IMG/VR virus record: IMGVR_UViG_3300023710_000192
Reading direction: 5' to 3' (one strand)
Length of the DNA: 55,556 nt
DNA from: a virus
Lineage: Duplodnaviria; Heunggongvirae; Uroviricota; Caudoviricetes
Below the pieces are notes generated by a model. That model was not told where the DNA came from. It was given only the letters and a program-made list of their open reading frames with translations, and searched no databases. A program made the translations under genes and the position numbers. This document shows positions 8,426-19,831 of the stretch, piece after piece (position 1 is the stretch's first letter; each line of letters begins with the position of its first letter).

Positions 8426-11400
8426 CAAGTTCTTTAATACGTTGTTCAAGTTTTTCAATTATCTCTTGCTGTTCTTGAATAGCTTTAAGTGCATATGTTG
8501 TCATTACACCGGTATCTATATTTTTTAGATATTTATATTTACTATTTTCTGGCTGATCAACTTTGAATACTGCTTCAGGGATATAGTTTTCCACTTGGTC
8601 TGCAACAACACCAAGATTAACATGCCCACCATTTTTCCAATCAAACTCAACAAAATCTATGTTATTAATTTTTTTAATTGCATTTTGCTTTGTTGCTAAA
8701 ATATTTTTCTTTAATCTTATATCTGATTTCCATACATTTACACCAACTGCACTAGATTCACTAAAATTTGCAATGTTAAAATGAATATAATTAAAGCTAG
8801 TATTGTTAGCATCCGCATTCCATAATCCTTTATCTACAAATGTTATACCTGTAACAGGCGTATTACCAAATCCGTAAATAAACGGGCCTTGCCCATCAAG
8901 AGTTATTGTACCAGTAGTTATTGTATTTCCGATTACACTTAACGTATATCCAGCGTAACCAGCTCCACCTACACCTAAACAACCATTAGTATATATTCCT
9001 TGATTGGTATTGTTAATAATATAATCATTAGAAAGATATAAACTACCGGAGATTCTTAAGTCTTCGCTAATATATCCGCTACCTGTTACACTTAACGTAT
9101 ATCCAGCGTAACCAGCTCCGCCAACGCCTAAACAACCGTTTGTAAAAACTCCATTTGTATAATCTGATATATAATAACTATCATTAAAATATAAATTATG
9201 ACTATTTAAATACGTGTTTGCACCTAAATAGTTAAATGCAGAACCATTTTTTAAAAAAGTACCCAAATAAAAATTATGATCATTGCTTGTGTTATCAAAA
9301 GAAAGCACAACTCCTCTTAAATAAGAATCGGTTAAACAATTACGAATAGATACTCCAGAATAGGTTTCATTTTTATATACAATATTAGCGACAGAAATTT
9401 TAGACGTTGTAACATTATTATTATTTGTTATATTTAATAAATTTCCTTTAATATTCCCACTAAAATCACCGTCTGTAGCATATATAGTACCATATATTTC
9501 CGCATTACTAGCCTTAAGTAATCCACTTGAATCAACGGTAAAACCAGTGGTACTATCACTTGGAGTGTCACCTACGGTTATGCTTCCACTAAACGTAGCG
9601 TTACCATTAGAATCAGCACCTATTGTAACGACACCGCTTGTATTAGTTATCTTAAATATATCATCATTGGATTTACTTAATGTTTCTTGATATACCCAAC
9701 CATAAGAAGTAGCAGATACCCTTGAATTTCTATATATTTTTCCATTAGAAATATCTAATGCATATGTATTACTACCTTGCTGGTTAGGATCATATGTATC
9801 AGCAGGATCTCCATAACACTTCAATACAGTTCTACTCGCATATGCACCCAAATCCCACATATTATGCTGCGGATCAATAGTAACTGAACGTCCGTCATTT
9901 GGATTCTTGATATATAAATATCCACCACCAATCATAGGAGATATAACATAATCACTACCTATTTCTGTTACGGGATTACCAGTTAAAGCACCTTGAACTT
10001 GTTTCTGAAATGTTGTGAAATTAGTATTATAAGTTGAGAGTGTTGTATTAATGTTGGATAAATCAGTAGTTAAATTTGTTACGTCGCTTTCTTGTAATTT
10101 ATGCCCATCTTTCCATGTAATTGTTCCACCATCTAACACAATACCATCCCCAGTAATTTCAACACTATTAGAATTATTAATAATGCTTAAATTCTGACCG
10201 ACAATAAATTTACCAATAACATAATCAGCATTGATACCATATACCCAATTGTTATTATATTTAAACTTACCGATAGCAGTATTAACACTATCGAAAGCGT
10301 CTGTTGTAAAATACACACCATTAGCAGTATAAATAGCCTGTTCATCGGCATAAACACCCTCGTCTAACATACTTCTACCAAGTAATCCCTTTTTGTCAAA
10401 AGTCATTACTTGTTCAGGAGAGTTTTTAATAAGGTATAATGCCGAATCCAAACCTTCTTGCTGCAATGAGTCAAATGTATTCATCGCTTTAACACCTTGC
10501 TGTGATTGTTTAACAGTGGAAGTATAAGAAGTCGCCATTGATTTGCTTTGACTTATTACGCTCTTTAAGTCGCTTACAACTCCACTAACATCAACAACTT
10601 GGTCACTAAATGTTACGTCTATATTATCTGGGGATTGATAATTAAATCGTATTTCCACCAAACGCAATTTATATATTTTATCATCAACACGGCAACGCAC
10701 ATAATTAAATAATGCAAACTTGTCATGCAATGTCTCTAACTCATTAAGAGTAAATATATTATTTAGACTACCATTAATCTTATATTGAATATTACAAGCC
10801 TTTGATAATTCTCGATATGCAACATTATACAATTCTTTACATGTATATAATATTTCACTATCAGTTAATCCATCGGATATGTAATTAGGATTATTATAAC
10901 TATCTTCACGAATATATGAATTATATTGTAACCAATATTCTTCGCCTAAAGTTTCTCCATAATTAGTAATTAACCAAGTATGAATCTGCCAAGATTTTTG
11001 ATAGTTTGCCAACTTACCCTCGTCACCTTCGTAAGAGTCTTCTAATCCCTTAAGATTAGTCACAGTTTGCAATAATTCATCATAAACTTTAGAAGCTACA
11101 TTAGATCGCTCTACCCATTTATCTCTTGAAATTAATGCAGAATCACTTACTTCGGAGGCGCTTGAGTCAATACGTAAATTACTATACCAATCATCTAATG
11201 AACTACGACAAGCTTCAAATGAATCCCTAAATGATTTGAGTGAAGTTAGATTATATTGTCTCAAATAGTTTTCGAGTTGTGCTGAAGTTTCAAATCTAGT
11301 TATATCCAACTCGGCAATGTCATTTTTTGTAATCGCAATTTTCATTTTCTGTTCGCAATAAGCAATGTTTTCACTATCCAACGTTTGCATAACAGGAACA

Positions 11401-13085
11401 GTTAAATGAAATGTTATATCTTTAGTAGGATCATTTACATCATATGATTTTGAAGTACGAGTAACCTTAATATCGGCTTCCCAACCACCCATAGTTTCTT
11501 TATTTACATTAGTACAAGTAATTGAATGGTCGTCATCGTTCAATATTTTAAAGTCAAATCTATAATCAATAACTACTCGAATTACAGACTCGATAGTTCT
11601 TGTTATTGTGTCAAAACTTGAATCGGTTGAACTATTGTAACCCATCATTACCATAACTTTGTGTGCGTTAGAACTAAAATAAGCTATTGTATTATTTTTA
11701 ACTTGTTCAAGCGTGGGTACTGCAGGATAAAAATTTGGAAACTTGTCATGTTCAAGATAATTTATTCGGTCTAGTAATTGACAGAATTCAGTATACAATC
11801 CCGGTTGAATATAAAATGCATCTGAAGAAGAGTATTGAACACCATCTTTAGAATAACATTTATTGTTCTCGTAATATGCCAATGAATCAATACAATAAAC
11901 CTTGTCACCAATTGCTTTAGCAGTAGGCAGCACCTTACCATCGGCATCATAACAAGTATCATATTCGGAATTATATGTACAAGTAGAATCATAAACATAG
12001 ACTCCACCATCGGCCACATAATTCGCCTGTGCAACACTTAATTGTTCTTCATATGTTTTTATTGCATTAGTAAGGTCTGCTCCCATATCTTCATACTGGA
12101 AATTACCGAATAATGTAATATAAGAAGTACCGGTTGCACATACAGACGGAAATATACCCGTTATTATATCGTCTCCACCCGACACCTTGAATGTATTCTT
12201 GATTGAACCATCATCGGAATCTCTGGTGAAAGATTTTGCCAATTTGTTTTTAGATACAAAAATAGTCGTATCAGTACCTATTCCCGGACAGTAACCATAC
12301 AGGTTTTGGTCTGGCAATAAATTATTATTTTCATCATAAAAATGTCCATTAACATATGAATATCCGTCTAATACGGTCATATTGCTTTTAAGGAATACAC
12401 AATCCTCAAGATTGTAACAATTAACTACACGCTTATAACCTTCAGAATCATAATCTCCAAAAGTAAATACACAACAAAATTCTTCTGCAATATCTCCAGT
12501 TAAAAAGTCGTATATTGCAGTTCCGTCAGCAGATAATTCTCGTTGGACATTATTACATTCATATACATGACCACTAATGTTAAACAGACTACTAACTGTA
12601 CCGATTGTCCAATGTGGTGTATCAGATAACACCCTATGTAACAAACTATGTTTTGTATCATCAGGATTATATAAAACAGTAGGAATAAACTTAGGTTCTT
12701 CGGATAACAAAATTGCATCTTCATCATTTACATGAAAATCATATAGGTTTCTTTGTGCAAGTTCATTTTCCAATGCCTTACAAACACAACTTTTCTTTAT
12801 TTCAGTATCTTCATTGAGTGTTGGATGCATTTCAAACCACCCATACCCAACATAATCTACTATAGCTAAATCTATAAGTTTATCCCAGTATTCATATTCT
12901 ACGCCATCAATAACCTTATGGACATCAAATGACAATTCATCTATTCCAATACCAACAAAAGATAAATTTAGATTCTCATATGGAATCTTGCCAATAATAT
13001 GTCCAGTTCTAGTTCGAAGTAGGAGAGTAGGTGTTTTAAGACTTCCAGTACGTGAGTCGAATTTAATAACTTTACTTGGTGTCAA
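8412..13085 (-). CDS. Tail spike / tail-associated protein with C-terminal intramolecular chaperone (peptidase S74-like)
   Basis: C-terminal WKSDIRLKKNI...GVVADQVE...ALKAIQE + coiled coil. Follows Dit. Likely TTG start at 13085 overlapping the Dit TGA, behind SD AGGAGG. Confidence 0.85.
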   Translation of the reverse strand: MTPSKVIKFDSRTGSLKTPTLLLRTRTGHIIGKIPYENLNLSFVGIGIDELSFDVHKVIDGVEYEYWDKLIDLAIVDYVGYGWFEMHPTLNEDTEIKKSCVCKALENELAQRNLYDFHVNDEDAILLSEEPKFIPTVLYNPDDTKHSLLHRVLSDTPHWTIGTVSSLFNISGHVYECNNVQRELSADGTAIYDFLTGDIAEEFCCVFTFGDYDSEGYKRVVNCYNLEDCVFLKSNMTVLDGYSYVNGHFYDENNNLLPDQNLYGYCPGIGTDTTIFVSKNKLAKSFTRDSDDGSIKNTFKVSGGDDIITGIFPSVCATGTSYITLFGNFQYEDMGADLTNAIKTYEEQLSVAQANYVADGGVYVYDSTCTYNSEYDTCYDADGKVLPTAKAIGDKVYCIDSLAYYENNKCYSKDGVQYSSSDAFYIQPGLYTEFCQLLDRINYLEHDKFPNFYPAVPTLEQVKNNTIAYFSSNAHKVMVMMGYNSSTDSSFDTITRTIESVIRVVIDYRFDFKILNDDDHSITCTNVNKETMGGWEADIKVTRTSKSYDVNDPTKDITFHLTVPVMQTLDSENIAYCEQKMKIAITKNDIAELDITRFETSAQLENYLRQYNLTSLKSFRDSFEACRSSLDDWYSNLRIDSSASEVSDSALISRDKWVERSNVASKVYDELLQTVTNLKGLEDSYEGDEGKLANYQKSWQIHTWLITNYGETLGEEYWLQYNSYIREDSYNNPNYISDGLTDSEILYTCKELYNVAYRELSKACNIQYKINGSLNNIFTLNELETLHDKFALFNYVRCRVDDKIYKLRLVEIRFNYQSPDNIDVTFSDQVVDVSGVVSDLKSVISQSKSMATSYTSTVKQSQQGVKAMNTFDSLQQEGLDSALYLIKNSPEQVMTFDKKGLLGRSMLDEGVYADEQAIYTANGVYFTTDAFDSVNTAIGKFKYNNNWVYGINADYVIGKFIVGQNLSIINNSNSVEITGDGIVLDGGTITWKDGHKLQESDVTNLTTDLSNINTTLSTYNTNFTTFQKQVQGALTGNPVTEIGSDYVISPMIGGGYLYIKNPNDGRSVTIDPQHNMWDLGAYASRTVLKCYGDPADTYDPNQQGSNTYALDISNGKIYRNSRVSATSYGWVYQETLSKSNDDIFKITNTSGVVTIGADSNGNATFSGSITVGDTPSDSTTGFTVDSSGLLKASNAEIYGTIYATDGDFSGNIKGNLLNITNNNNVTTSKISVANIVYKNETYSGVSIRNCLTDSYLRGVVLSFDNTSNDHNFYLGTFLKNGSAFNYLGANTYLNSHNLYFNDSYYISDYTNGVFTNGCLGVGGAGYAGYTLSVTGSGYISEDLRISGSLYLSNDYIINNTNQGIYTNGCLGVGGAGYAGYTLSVIGNTITTGTITLDGQGPFIYGFGNTPVTGITFVDKGLWNADANNTSFNYIHFNIANFSESSAVGVNVWKSDIRLKKNILATKQNAIKKINNIDFVEFDWKNGGHVNLGVVADQVENYIPEAVFKVDQPENSKYKYLKNIDTGVMTTYALKAIQEQQEIIEKLEQRIKELEESK
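8933..9119 (-). repeat. Intragenic direct repeat: 34-bp identical cores at 8933-8966 and 9086-9119 (period 153 bp)
   Basis: ttacacttaacgtatatccagcgtaaccagctcc occurs twice, giving TNGCLGVGGAGYAGYTLSV twice in the protein. Confidence 0.9.
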
Positions 13086-13885
13086 ATCGCACACCTCCTC
13101 ACAAATCTATATATAATTTTAATATCTAAACTAATATCTCCGGTGTTAGTAAAACAAGTATTTATATCGTCAAAAGAATTACCCATTACTGGAAACACAT
13201 AGTTGAATAAATCAGCATGTTTAACTCCTGAATAATAATCATCTTTTCCGTCCAAAATTATAGTGTCGGAACTAACAACTTGCGAAACCTTTGTTGTTTT
13301 CTTATAACCAGTACAACCAGTTTCAAGTATAATGTCGCCACTTGCTTTAGGATTGATTATTACTCTTGGAAATATATCTCCCGGAATATCACTATAATTT
13401 TTCAATGTATGAGTTTCCGATGCAGCAAGAGTAAACTCTTTCTCATGTTCTTGACTATATGCATATGGTGAGTCCGTAGTAACCGTAACATCATAACCAG
13501 CAACTTGACCAGCAACGAAGATTTCTTGTAAATTAATTTGAGAATTAAACCATACGTCTTCAAAACCTTCCTCGTCAAATCCCAACCAATGATATCCATC
13601 TCGTCTGACTAACCAACGATATATAAACGATTGTTCTTCTTGGGTAAAATATAGATTATCCTCTTCGACAAACATGCAAGGATTTTTACCAATACTAAAT
13701 GTCATAGTAATAGGTGTTTCTTGTTGTGAACCATAGAAGGAATATCTATCGGTTCCGGGAGGTTTACTTGTGATGAATGTTACGTCTCCGCCAGATTTAG
13801 TGGCAGTCGAACCATCGAAATTACATATCATCAACCCAAGATCAGAAAGCCACTTATCTGCAAAAATGAAGTCGCTACAAAACAT
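13082..13885 (-). CDS. Distal tail protein (Dit-like)
   Basis: Position between TMP and spike. Motifs WLVRRDGYHWLGF, TTDSPYAYS and YSDIPG.IFP. Confidence 0.7.
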   Translation of the reverse strand: MFCSDFIFADKWLSDLGLMICNFDGSTATKSGGDVTFITSKPPGTDRYSFYGSQQETPITMTFSIGKNPCMFVEEDNLYFTQEEQSFIYRWLVRRDGYHWLGFDEEGFEDVWFNSQINLQEIFVAGQVAGYDVTVTTDSPYAYSQEHEKEFTLAASETHTLKNYSDIPGDIFPRVIINPKASGDIILETGCTGYKKTTKVSQVVSSDTIILDGKDDYYSGVKHADLFNYVFPVMGNSFDDINTCFTNTGDISLDIKIIYRFVRRCAI

Positions 13886-13900
13886 TTAATCACCACCAAT

Positions 13901-14140
13901 CTATAAATTATTTTTTATTTCCTCGATTTCCTTAATTAAAGTTTTTGTTTGTTTAATTAGTCTATCTTGTTCTTTTCTATGTTCTTCATATTCATTACGA
14001 AGTTGTTCGTAATCTTCTTTGTATTTCATTGCTAATTCGTATTTTTTAGTTAAGTCATCACGTTCCCGTTCTAACTCTTTAATACGTTTTTCATATAGTT
14101 TTCTTTCAATATCACTAACTGACTTTTTAAACATTTCCAT
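13901..14140 (-). CDS. Small coiled-coil hypothetical protein (79 aa)
   Basis: SD AGGAGG; heptad-rich E/K/L sequence. Confidence 0.65.
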   Translation of the reverse strand: MEMFKKSVSDIERKLYEKRIKELERERDDLTKKYELAMKYKEDYEQLRNEYEEHRKEQDRLIKQTKTLIKEIEEIKNNL

Positions 14141-14148
14141 TTCCTCCT

Positions 14149-14180
14149 AAAAAAGAGGAGGGTGCCGAAGCACCCTGCCT
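14149..14180 (-). terminator. Rho-independent terminator after the tape measure gene
   Basis: AGGGTGC-TTCG-GCACCCT followed by a T run on the minus strand. Confidence 0.8.
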
Positions 14181-14190
14181 ATATTTCTAA

Positions 14191-17100
14191 CTAAAATCTA
14201 TTTACACTTAATCGACTACCTGAGCCATTAAGCTGATTGATTGTTACATCTTCTAAAGCCTGTCTAACACTACGATCTGTTTTAATACAGTTGATAATAT
14301 CAGTTGCATTACTACAGTTTTCAAGTGTAAAGTTGTACTCGGCATTAATCTGAGAGTTCGCAAGATTAGATAGATTACTATTCGGTATTGCAAGTGGTTT
14401 AAGAATACCATTGACTTGCGGAACAATATTCAACAAATCTTTGATAGCTGAAACATCTTCCGGTGCAACAAATCCTTCACCATTACGTACCCATGCTAAT
14501 CCATCTTCGCCAATCGGTGTTAACTTGCCAATGCCACCGTGAGAGAAGCCACCGACATTTTTGATATTACCTACTGCTTTATGTAAAGCAACAAGTTCAT
14601 CGTACAAACCTGCATTATCAGTATTCAATACCTTACGTAATGCGGTTAAACCGCTTTCTGTTAATACTTTCTTATTCTTTTTGAATAACTCCTGATTAAT
14701 TTTAGTCTTGTAATCAGTTGCTTTACTCTTTTTGCCAGCAGCATAATAATTACTGTTACCAAATATAGCTTCAACTTCAGACTTAATCTTTTGCGTTTCA
14801 CTTTTAGAAATAGAATCTTTTAAAGCTTGAGTTTGAGTATTTAATGCTGATAAGTCTCCCGTTCCTATAGGCGGTACGGTTTTATTTTTATCATCGGTAT
14901 TATCAGAGCCAGTTTGACCACCGTTTTCGCCATTTCCGTCATTTCCACCATTTCCGTCATTTCCACCATTGGTCTTATCGGTTTTGTCTGAATTATCAAA
15001 TGCCTGAATAATACTATCAAGTTTATTTTCTACATTGGTAAGTAATCCGTCTGGAACAGTTATTGCCATTTTGCCATCAACAACAGCACCACTCATAGCC
15101 TTAATACCAGTTTCAAGATGACCTAATGCATCAACGTAATTATACTTTTCGGCATATTCTGTAATTGTTGAATTAATACCATTGATGTTTTCGTTGGTTA
15201 TTGTAAGACTTCTTTCAAGTAACTTATCACGATCTTTCATTTCTTTCTGAAGGTCTTGATAATACTCGTCATACATCTTATCAAGCATTGACTCCATATC
15301 AGAGAAATACTTTTCACGTTCAAGGTCATCACGACTCTCATTAGCATCTTCTAATTGCTGACGTAATCTCTGAGTCTTCATACGACCAGCTTCTGAAGTA
15401 TCACCAACAGAAGCATTAAGTTGTTTCTGAATATTAGAAATATTCGTACTTGCATCCTTTATTTGCTTCTGGTAATCGTAGAGTGATTTTTCCTCGCTTA
15501 AAGATTGTTTCTTGAGATCGACAATCTTTTGCAAAGATTTTGCTTCGGCCTCATACTTTTGAATCATCATGTCAATAGCATTATTTTGAGCATTGGTAAG
15601 TTCAATAATATCACTATTGAGTTCCGATTCAAGTTCCATCATCTTATTATAAAGTTCTTCTTTAGAATGAATTATTCTACCTGCTATGTCTATACCGTCT
15701 TCACTTGAAAAATCATCCTTCATGTCATCAAATGCGTCTTTCATTTTAATAAGAACGGATAAATCTTTCTGCTGCTTTGCAACGGCTACATTCATAGCAG
15801 TAACATAAGTACCCATAGTAGCACGACCTTCACGAGTGAAAGCCCCAGTGTCTTCATCGAACTTGTCAAACTTATCCCAAGTTTGAGAAATTGTGTCCAT
15901 AGTACTTACTATTGCACTTAATTCATCTTTGACTAACTTATGCAAAGATTCAGTAACAGTTGTAATTTGAGTGCCTAATTCTGCAACAGACTTAGTACAT
16001 TCGTCAATAGATGCATTTACGTCGGATAATGCATTCTTTGCATCGTACCATTCGGCAGTACCTACCGGTATTGTAGCAAGTTGTTCTTCAAGCTCTGCCT
16101 TAGACTGTTGATATAATTTACGTTTTTCTTTTTCGTATTTTATCTGGTCTTTATACAATTTACGGTCAACAGTCATACCCTTTGCTTCGGATAATTCTGC
16201 TCTACGATTAATTGCATCTTCTTCGGCTTGTTGAAGTTCTACTTGTCGTTCATAGTGTAATTTAATATTATCGAATTTTTCTTTTTCGAGTTGTATTAAC
16301 TCTTTCTGACGTTCAGCTTCTAGTTGATCAATTTTAGTTTGGTCTTCTGTAAGAGCAGCAATCTTTTTCTCGTATTCATATTTTGTTTCAATATATTCTT
16401 TCTGTTGTTTAAGATAATCGTTACTCTTAAGATAATTGTCACTAATGTCTCCAAAGGCTTTAAGTCTGTTTATATTAGCTTCGGCATCATCAACATAAAG
16501 CTGATACTGTTCTTCTCTAAGTTGACGTACTTGTGTAGTTAATTCGTCAACTTGCTGTTTTGCTTCTTGGGATTTGTCATACCACTCTTTATACTTGTTG
16601 ATAGCTTCAGCAGTGGTTTGACCATATTCCTTGATAAGAGTTTTAATATCGCCATCAATCTTACCCTCTTGAATTTTCTTAATAAGACCACTTGTAAGAA
16701 TTTTTTCTTTCTTGGCAACTTTTTTACCCTTTTTATTTTTAACATAAACTACATTGCCTTTTTTGTCTTTAACTTTCCTAGTAGAAGTCTTGGCAACATT
16801 ATCAGCCTTCTTTTGGTACTTTTCGGCAGCTTTAGCATTATTATTTAATAACTTTGTAGTTTTAGTTATTTGTTGTTCAAGATTTGAAACTTTAGTGTCA
16901 ACAGTAAATAAGTTTTCAAGCTTAGCCCTTGTTTGATCAATAACTTTTTGTAAACGTTCAAGATTACGAGCAATCCAATCTATTTCGGTCTTGTTTGAGT
17001 CTTTAGAAGATTTGCTATTTCCTCCGCCGTTTCCGCCTGCTTTGCCAGATGTATTACCAGCAGTAGCGCCAATTTTTGCATCTTTCTTATTGCTATTAAC

Positions 17101-19304
17101 GGCGTTATCGTATGCTTTTTTTGCACCACGTTCCATGTTTTGAGTTGCTTCAGCATAACCACCCTTACCAGCATTAACACCAGCCGATTGTTTTGCCTTT
17201 GCTAATCTTGTAAGTGCAGTAACAGCATCATCGCTATATGACACTAATTGCGCCAATGCTAAACAATCAGCAGCAGTAGCAATTGATAAATTATTAACAT
17301 GTAATTTTTCTGCTGTAAGATTAAATAAACTACCAGAAGTTATGTTTGCTTGAGATGCTTCAGTTGCTAAAGCGGCAGCTTCTTGGCTAGTCATATTGGC
17401 CAAATCAATACCGGCTAATTTAGCTTGTACTTTCGAATCAGTACAATTATTCATTACATTTGTTAAGTCAGTTTCGGCTTTTTGTAAATCAAATTGCGTT
17501 AAAGCCAATCTTGATTCAACAACCTCGTCAGCATTTATTACACCGATCTTTTCTAATTCAGATTTAGTATATTCTGCATTGCTTTCAGTTAAATTTTGAA
17601 GCAATGTTCCATGATCAATATAAAAAGTCGCTAATTTATTAAGAGCATTTTGCTGTGCCTCAACATCGTTTGGCATTTCAGTAACAACTTTTCTAAAATC
17701 ATTAAGAGCTTTTTTAGCACCGGGCATTTTAGCCTCAGTGTCCTCAAGATTTTTCATCAATCCTTCAACACTGTCGGCTGAAACCGTTGTGCCTGAACTA
17801 AAATCACTTATAATATTACCAAAACCACTAAATGCATCTTTAAGTTCATTGAGTGAATCTGTTACATTAACGTCTGGCAGAGAAATAGTTAATGAATCTT
17901 CAACTTCATTTAGTCCTTTTTTAGCTAAACGTTGTAATTCCTTTACCCAAGACTCATAATTTCTACTAGACCTATTAGTAATACTATCGAATATATTATC
18001 AATATTTGCCAAAATACTTTCGGCTTGTTCGGGGGTTGTTTTTAAGAGATAATCAAGTACTAATTCTTTTTCATTACTGGTTAAATTTCCAAAACGTTCA
18101 TTATTATTTAAAGTATTATATATTTTAGAAATTGTATCAGCCATCGAATCATCGTCAACACTTGCCTTAATTTTAACATCTATGTACTCGCCAGATGTAT
18201 ATATTTGATGTTGGAGCCAGTCTATATCAGATTTAATTCGATTATAAAGCTCTTGTTGACTTTTGGTAAGATTATCATAACCAACCTCATCCATAGTTGC
18301 CATCATATCTTCAAGGTCTAATATTCTATCAGCAAATAATGACATTTGATTATCATATTCGGTTATAAATACACCATTTTTTTGTTGTAATTCCTCTAAT
18401 GACCATTTCAAATTATCAAATGTATCAAAACCTTCTTCTTTAATAGCAGACATAACAGCTTCTTTGGTTTCATCATTAGCGGTTTCATAAGCATATACCA
18501 AATCTTGCCATTCTTGGATTTGTTTTTCATTTTCAGCTATTGCTTTATTAACATCTTGCAAATTATCGAACCTAGTAGAATTATTTTCAAATCCATCGTA
18601 TCCACCAACAATTGATATTGGGCCGCCAATATCAATGTCGCTATTTGCATTTTCGTAATCCGATTCGACGGTGCGGACTGCTTTTCTTGCATCAATTTCA
18701 GCTTCTTTTTGTTTTAATCTGATTCGTTCTTCTAATTGTTTATTTTCAGCTTGTAATCTATCTAATTCATCTTGTTCAGTAAGAGTAAGGGTTCCTTTGC
18801 TTTTAAGCTCGTTAATTCTATCTTTAGTTATTTCAAGTTCAGAATTTAAAGACTCAACCTCATCTTTAGTTTTTTGATATTCTTCGGCAGTCTCTTTAAT
18901 CTCGTCTCTAGCTATTTCAGCACGATGAATATAATTATCAATTGCTTCAATGGCTTTAGTAGCAAGAAATGAAACAAGTGTAACTATTGCAGCATTTAAT
19001 AATCCGATTCCAATATTTTTTACTACATTTCCTAATTGTGAAAAACCGGATGCTGCAGTTTTAGCATAAGTATCAGCTAAACTTTCACCTTCTTTTAATG
19101 CCAAATTACCAGATTGATAATCTTTTGCTAATTGTATTGCTTTATCATCTATAACACCTAATTCTTTTGCTAATTCTTCGACATTTGAGGTTTTATCAGA
19201 TTGTATTTGTTCAAATAATGAACCGGCATTGGAATCAAGTGGTGTTTTTTTAAATGTTCCCAATAGAGGAGACGACCATCCATTTTCTTTATTGTAATTT
19301 ACAA
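14191..19304 (-). CDS. Tape measure protein, exon 2 (spliced product 3356 aa)
   Basis: Long helical coiled-coil with C-terminal GGFSHGG..GEDGLAWVRNGE motif. The ORF-track start has no SD. Joins exon 1 in frame as GGG T|TT GTA AAT. Confidence 0.85.
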
Positions 19305-19321
19305 CACATAAAACATACATA

Positions 19322-19350
19322 TTGCTTCCAACAATTATGCATGATATAAT
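19322..19350 (+). promoter_or_regulatory. sigmaA-type promoter driving the antisense intron cargo
   Basis: TTGCTT-17 bp-TATAAT with extended -10 TG. SD AGGAGGT precedes ATG 19373. Confidence 0.75.
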
Positions 19351-19372
19351 TAAAAAAATAGGAGGTGGTTAT

Positions 19373-19831
19373 ATGGAAACAATGAAAATGTGCATAAAAT
19401 GTGCAAAAGCCTATGAATCTCAAGTGCTTCCTAATACTACTTTTAATAGAGGAATTTTAGATTTTTATAACGAAGGACATATCAAAAATAATTGTCCTAT
19501 TTGTAATGGTAATTTATTTGAATTAGCACTCGACAAAAATGAACTCGAAATAGTTAAAAAAACATCAATGTCAATAGATTTTATTTTAGCAATGAATGAC
19601 TTAAAAAATAGAGATATAATTGAATTTAATCTCAAAATGTCTCAATTCAAACAAAATATTTTAACACAACAGAATAATAATGTAAATTGCCCTAAATGCC
19701 CAACTTGTGGTTCTACTAATGTAAGAAAAATATCAAGTACAAAACGTTGGTTAAGTACCGGCATTTTTGGTTTAGCAAGTTCAAATGTTGGTAAAAATAT
19801 GGAGTGTTTATCATGTCATAGTAAATGGTAA
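19373..19831 (+). CDS. Intron-encoded antisense Zn-ribbon protein (152 aa), function unknown
   Basis: Four CxxC pairs (CIKC, CPIC, CPTC, CLSC) and the segment WLSTGIFGLASS. No HNH, GIY-YIG or LAGLIDADG motif. The only well-supported plus-strand gene in the morphogenesis region. Confidence 0.85.
   Translation: METMKMCIKCAKAYESQVLPNTTFNRGILDFYNEGHIKNNCPICNGNLFELALDKNELEIVKKTSMSIDFILAMNDLKNRDIIEFNLKMSQFKQNILTQQNNNVNCPKCPTCGSTNVRKISSTKRWLSTGIFGLASSNVGKNMECLSCHSKW

Noticed and set aside
8933-9119. DGR template/variable repeat pair
   Set aside because: Both copies are in the same ORF and frame, the core is identical rather than adenine-mutated, and no reverse transcriptase is in the window.
19373-19831. 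Cargo as an HNH/His-Cys homing endonuclease
   Set aside because: No HNH, GIY-YIG, LAGLIDADG or PD-(D/E)xK pattern is visible, and the orientation is antisense. A divergent nuclease cannot be fully excluded without a structure search.
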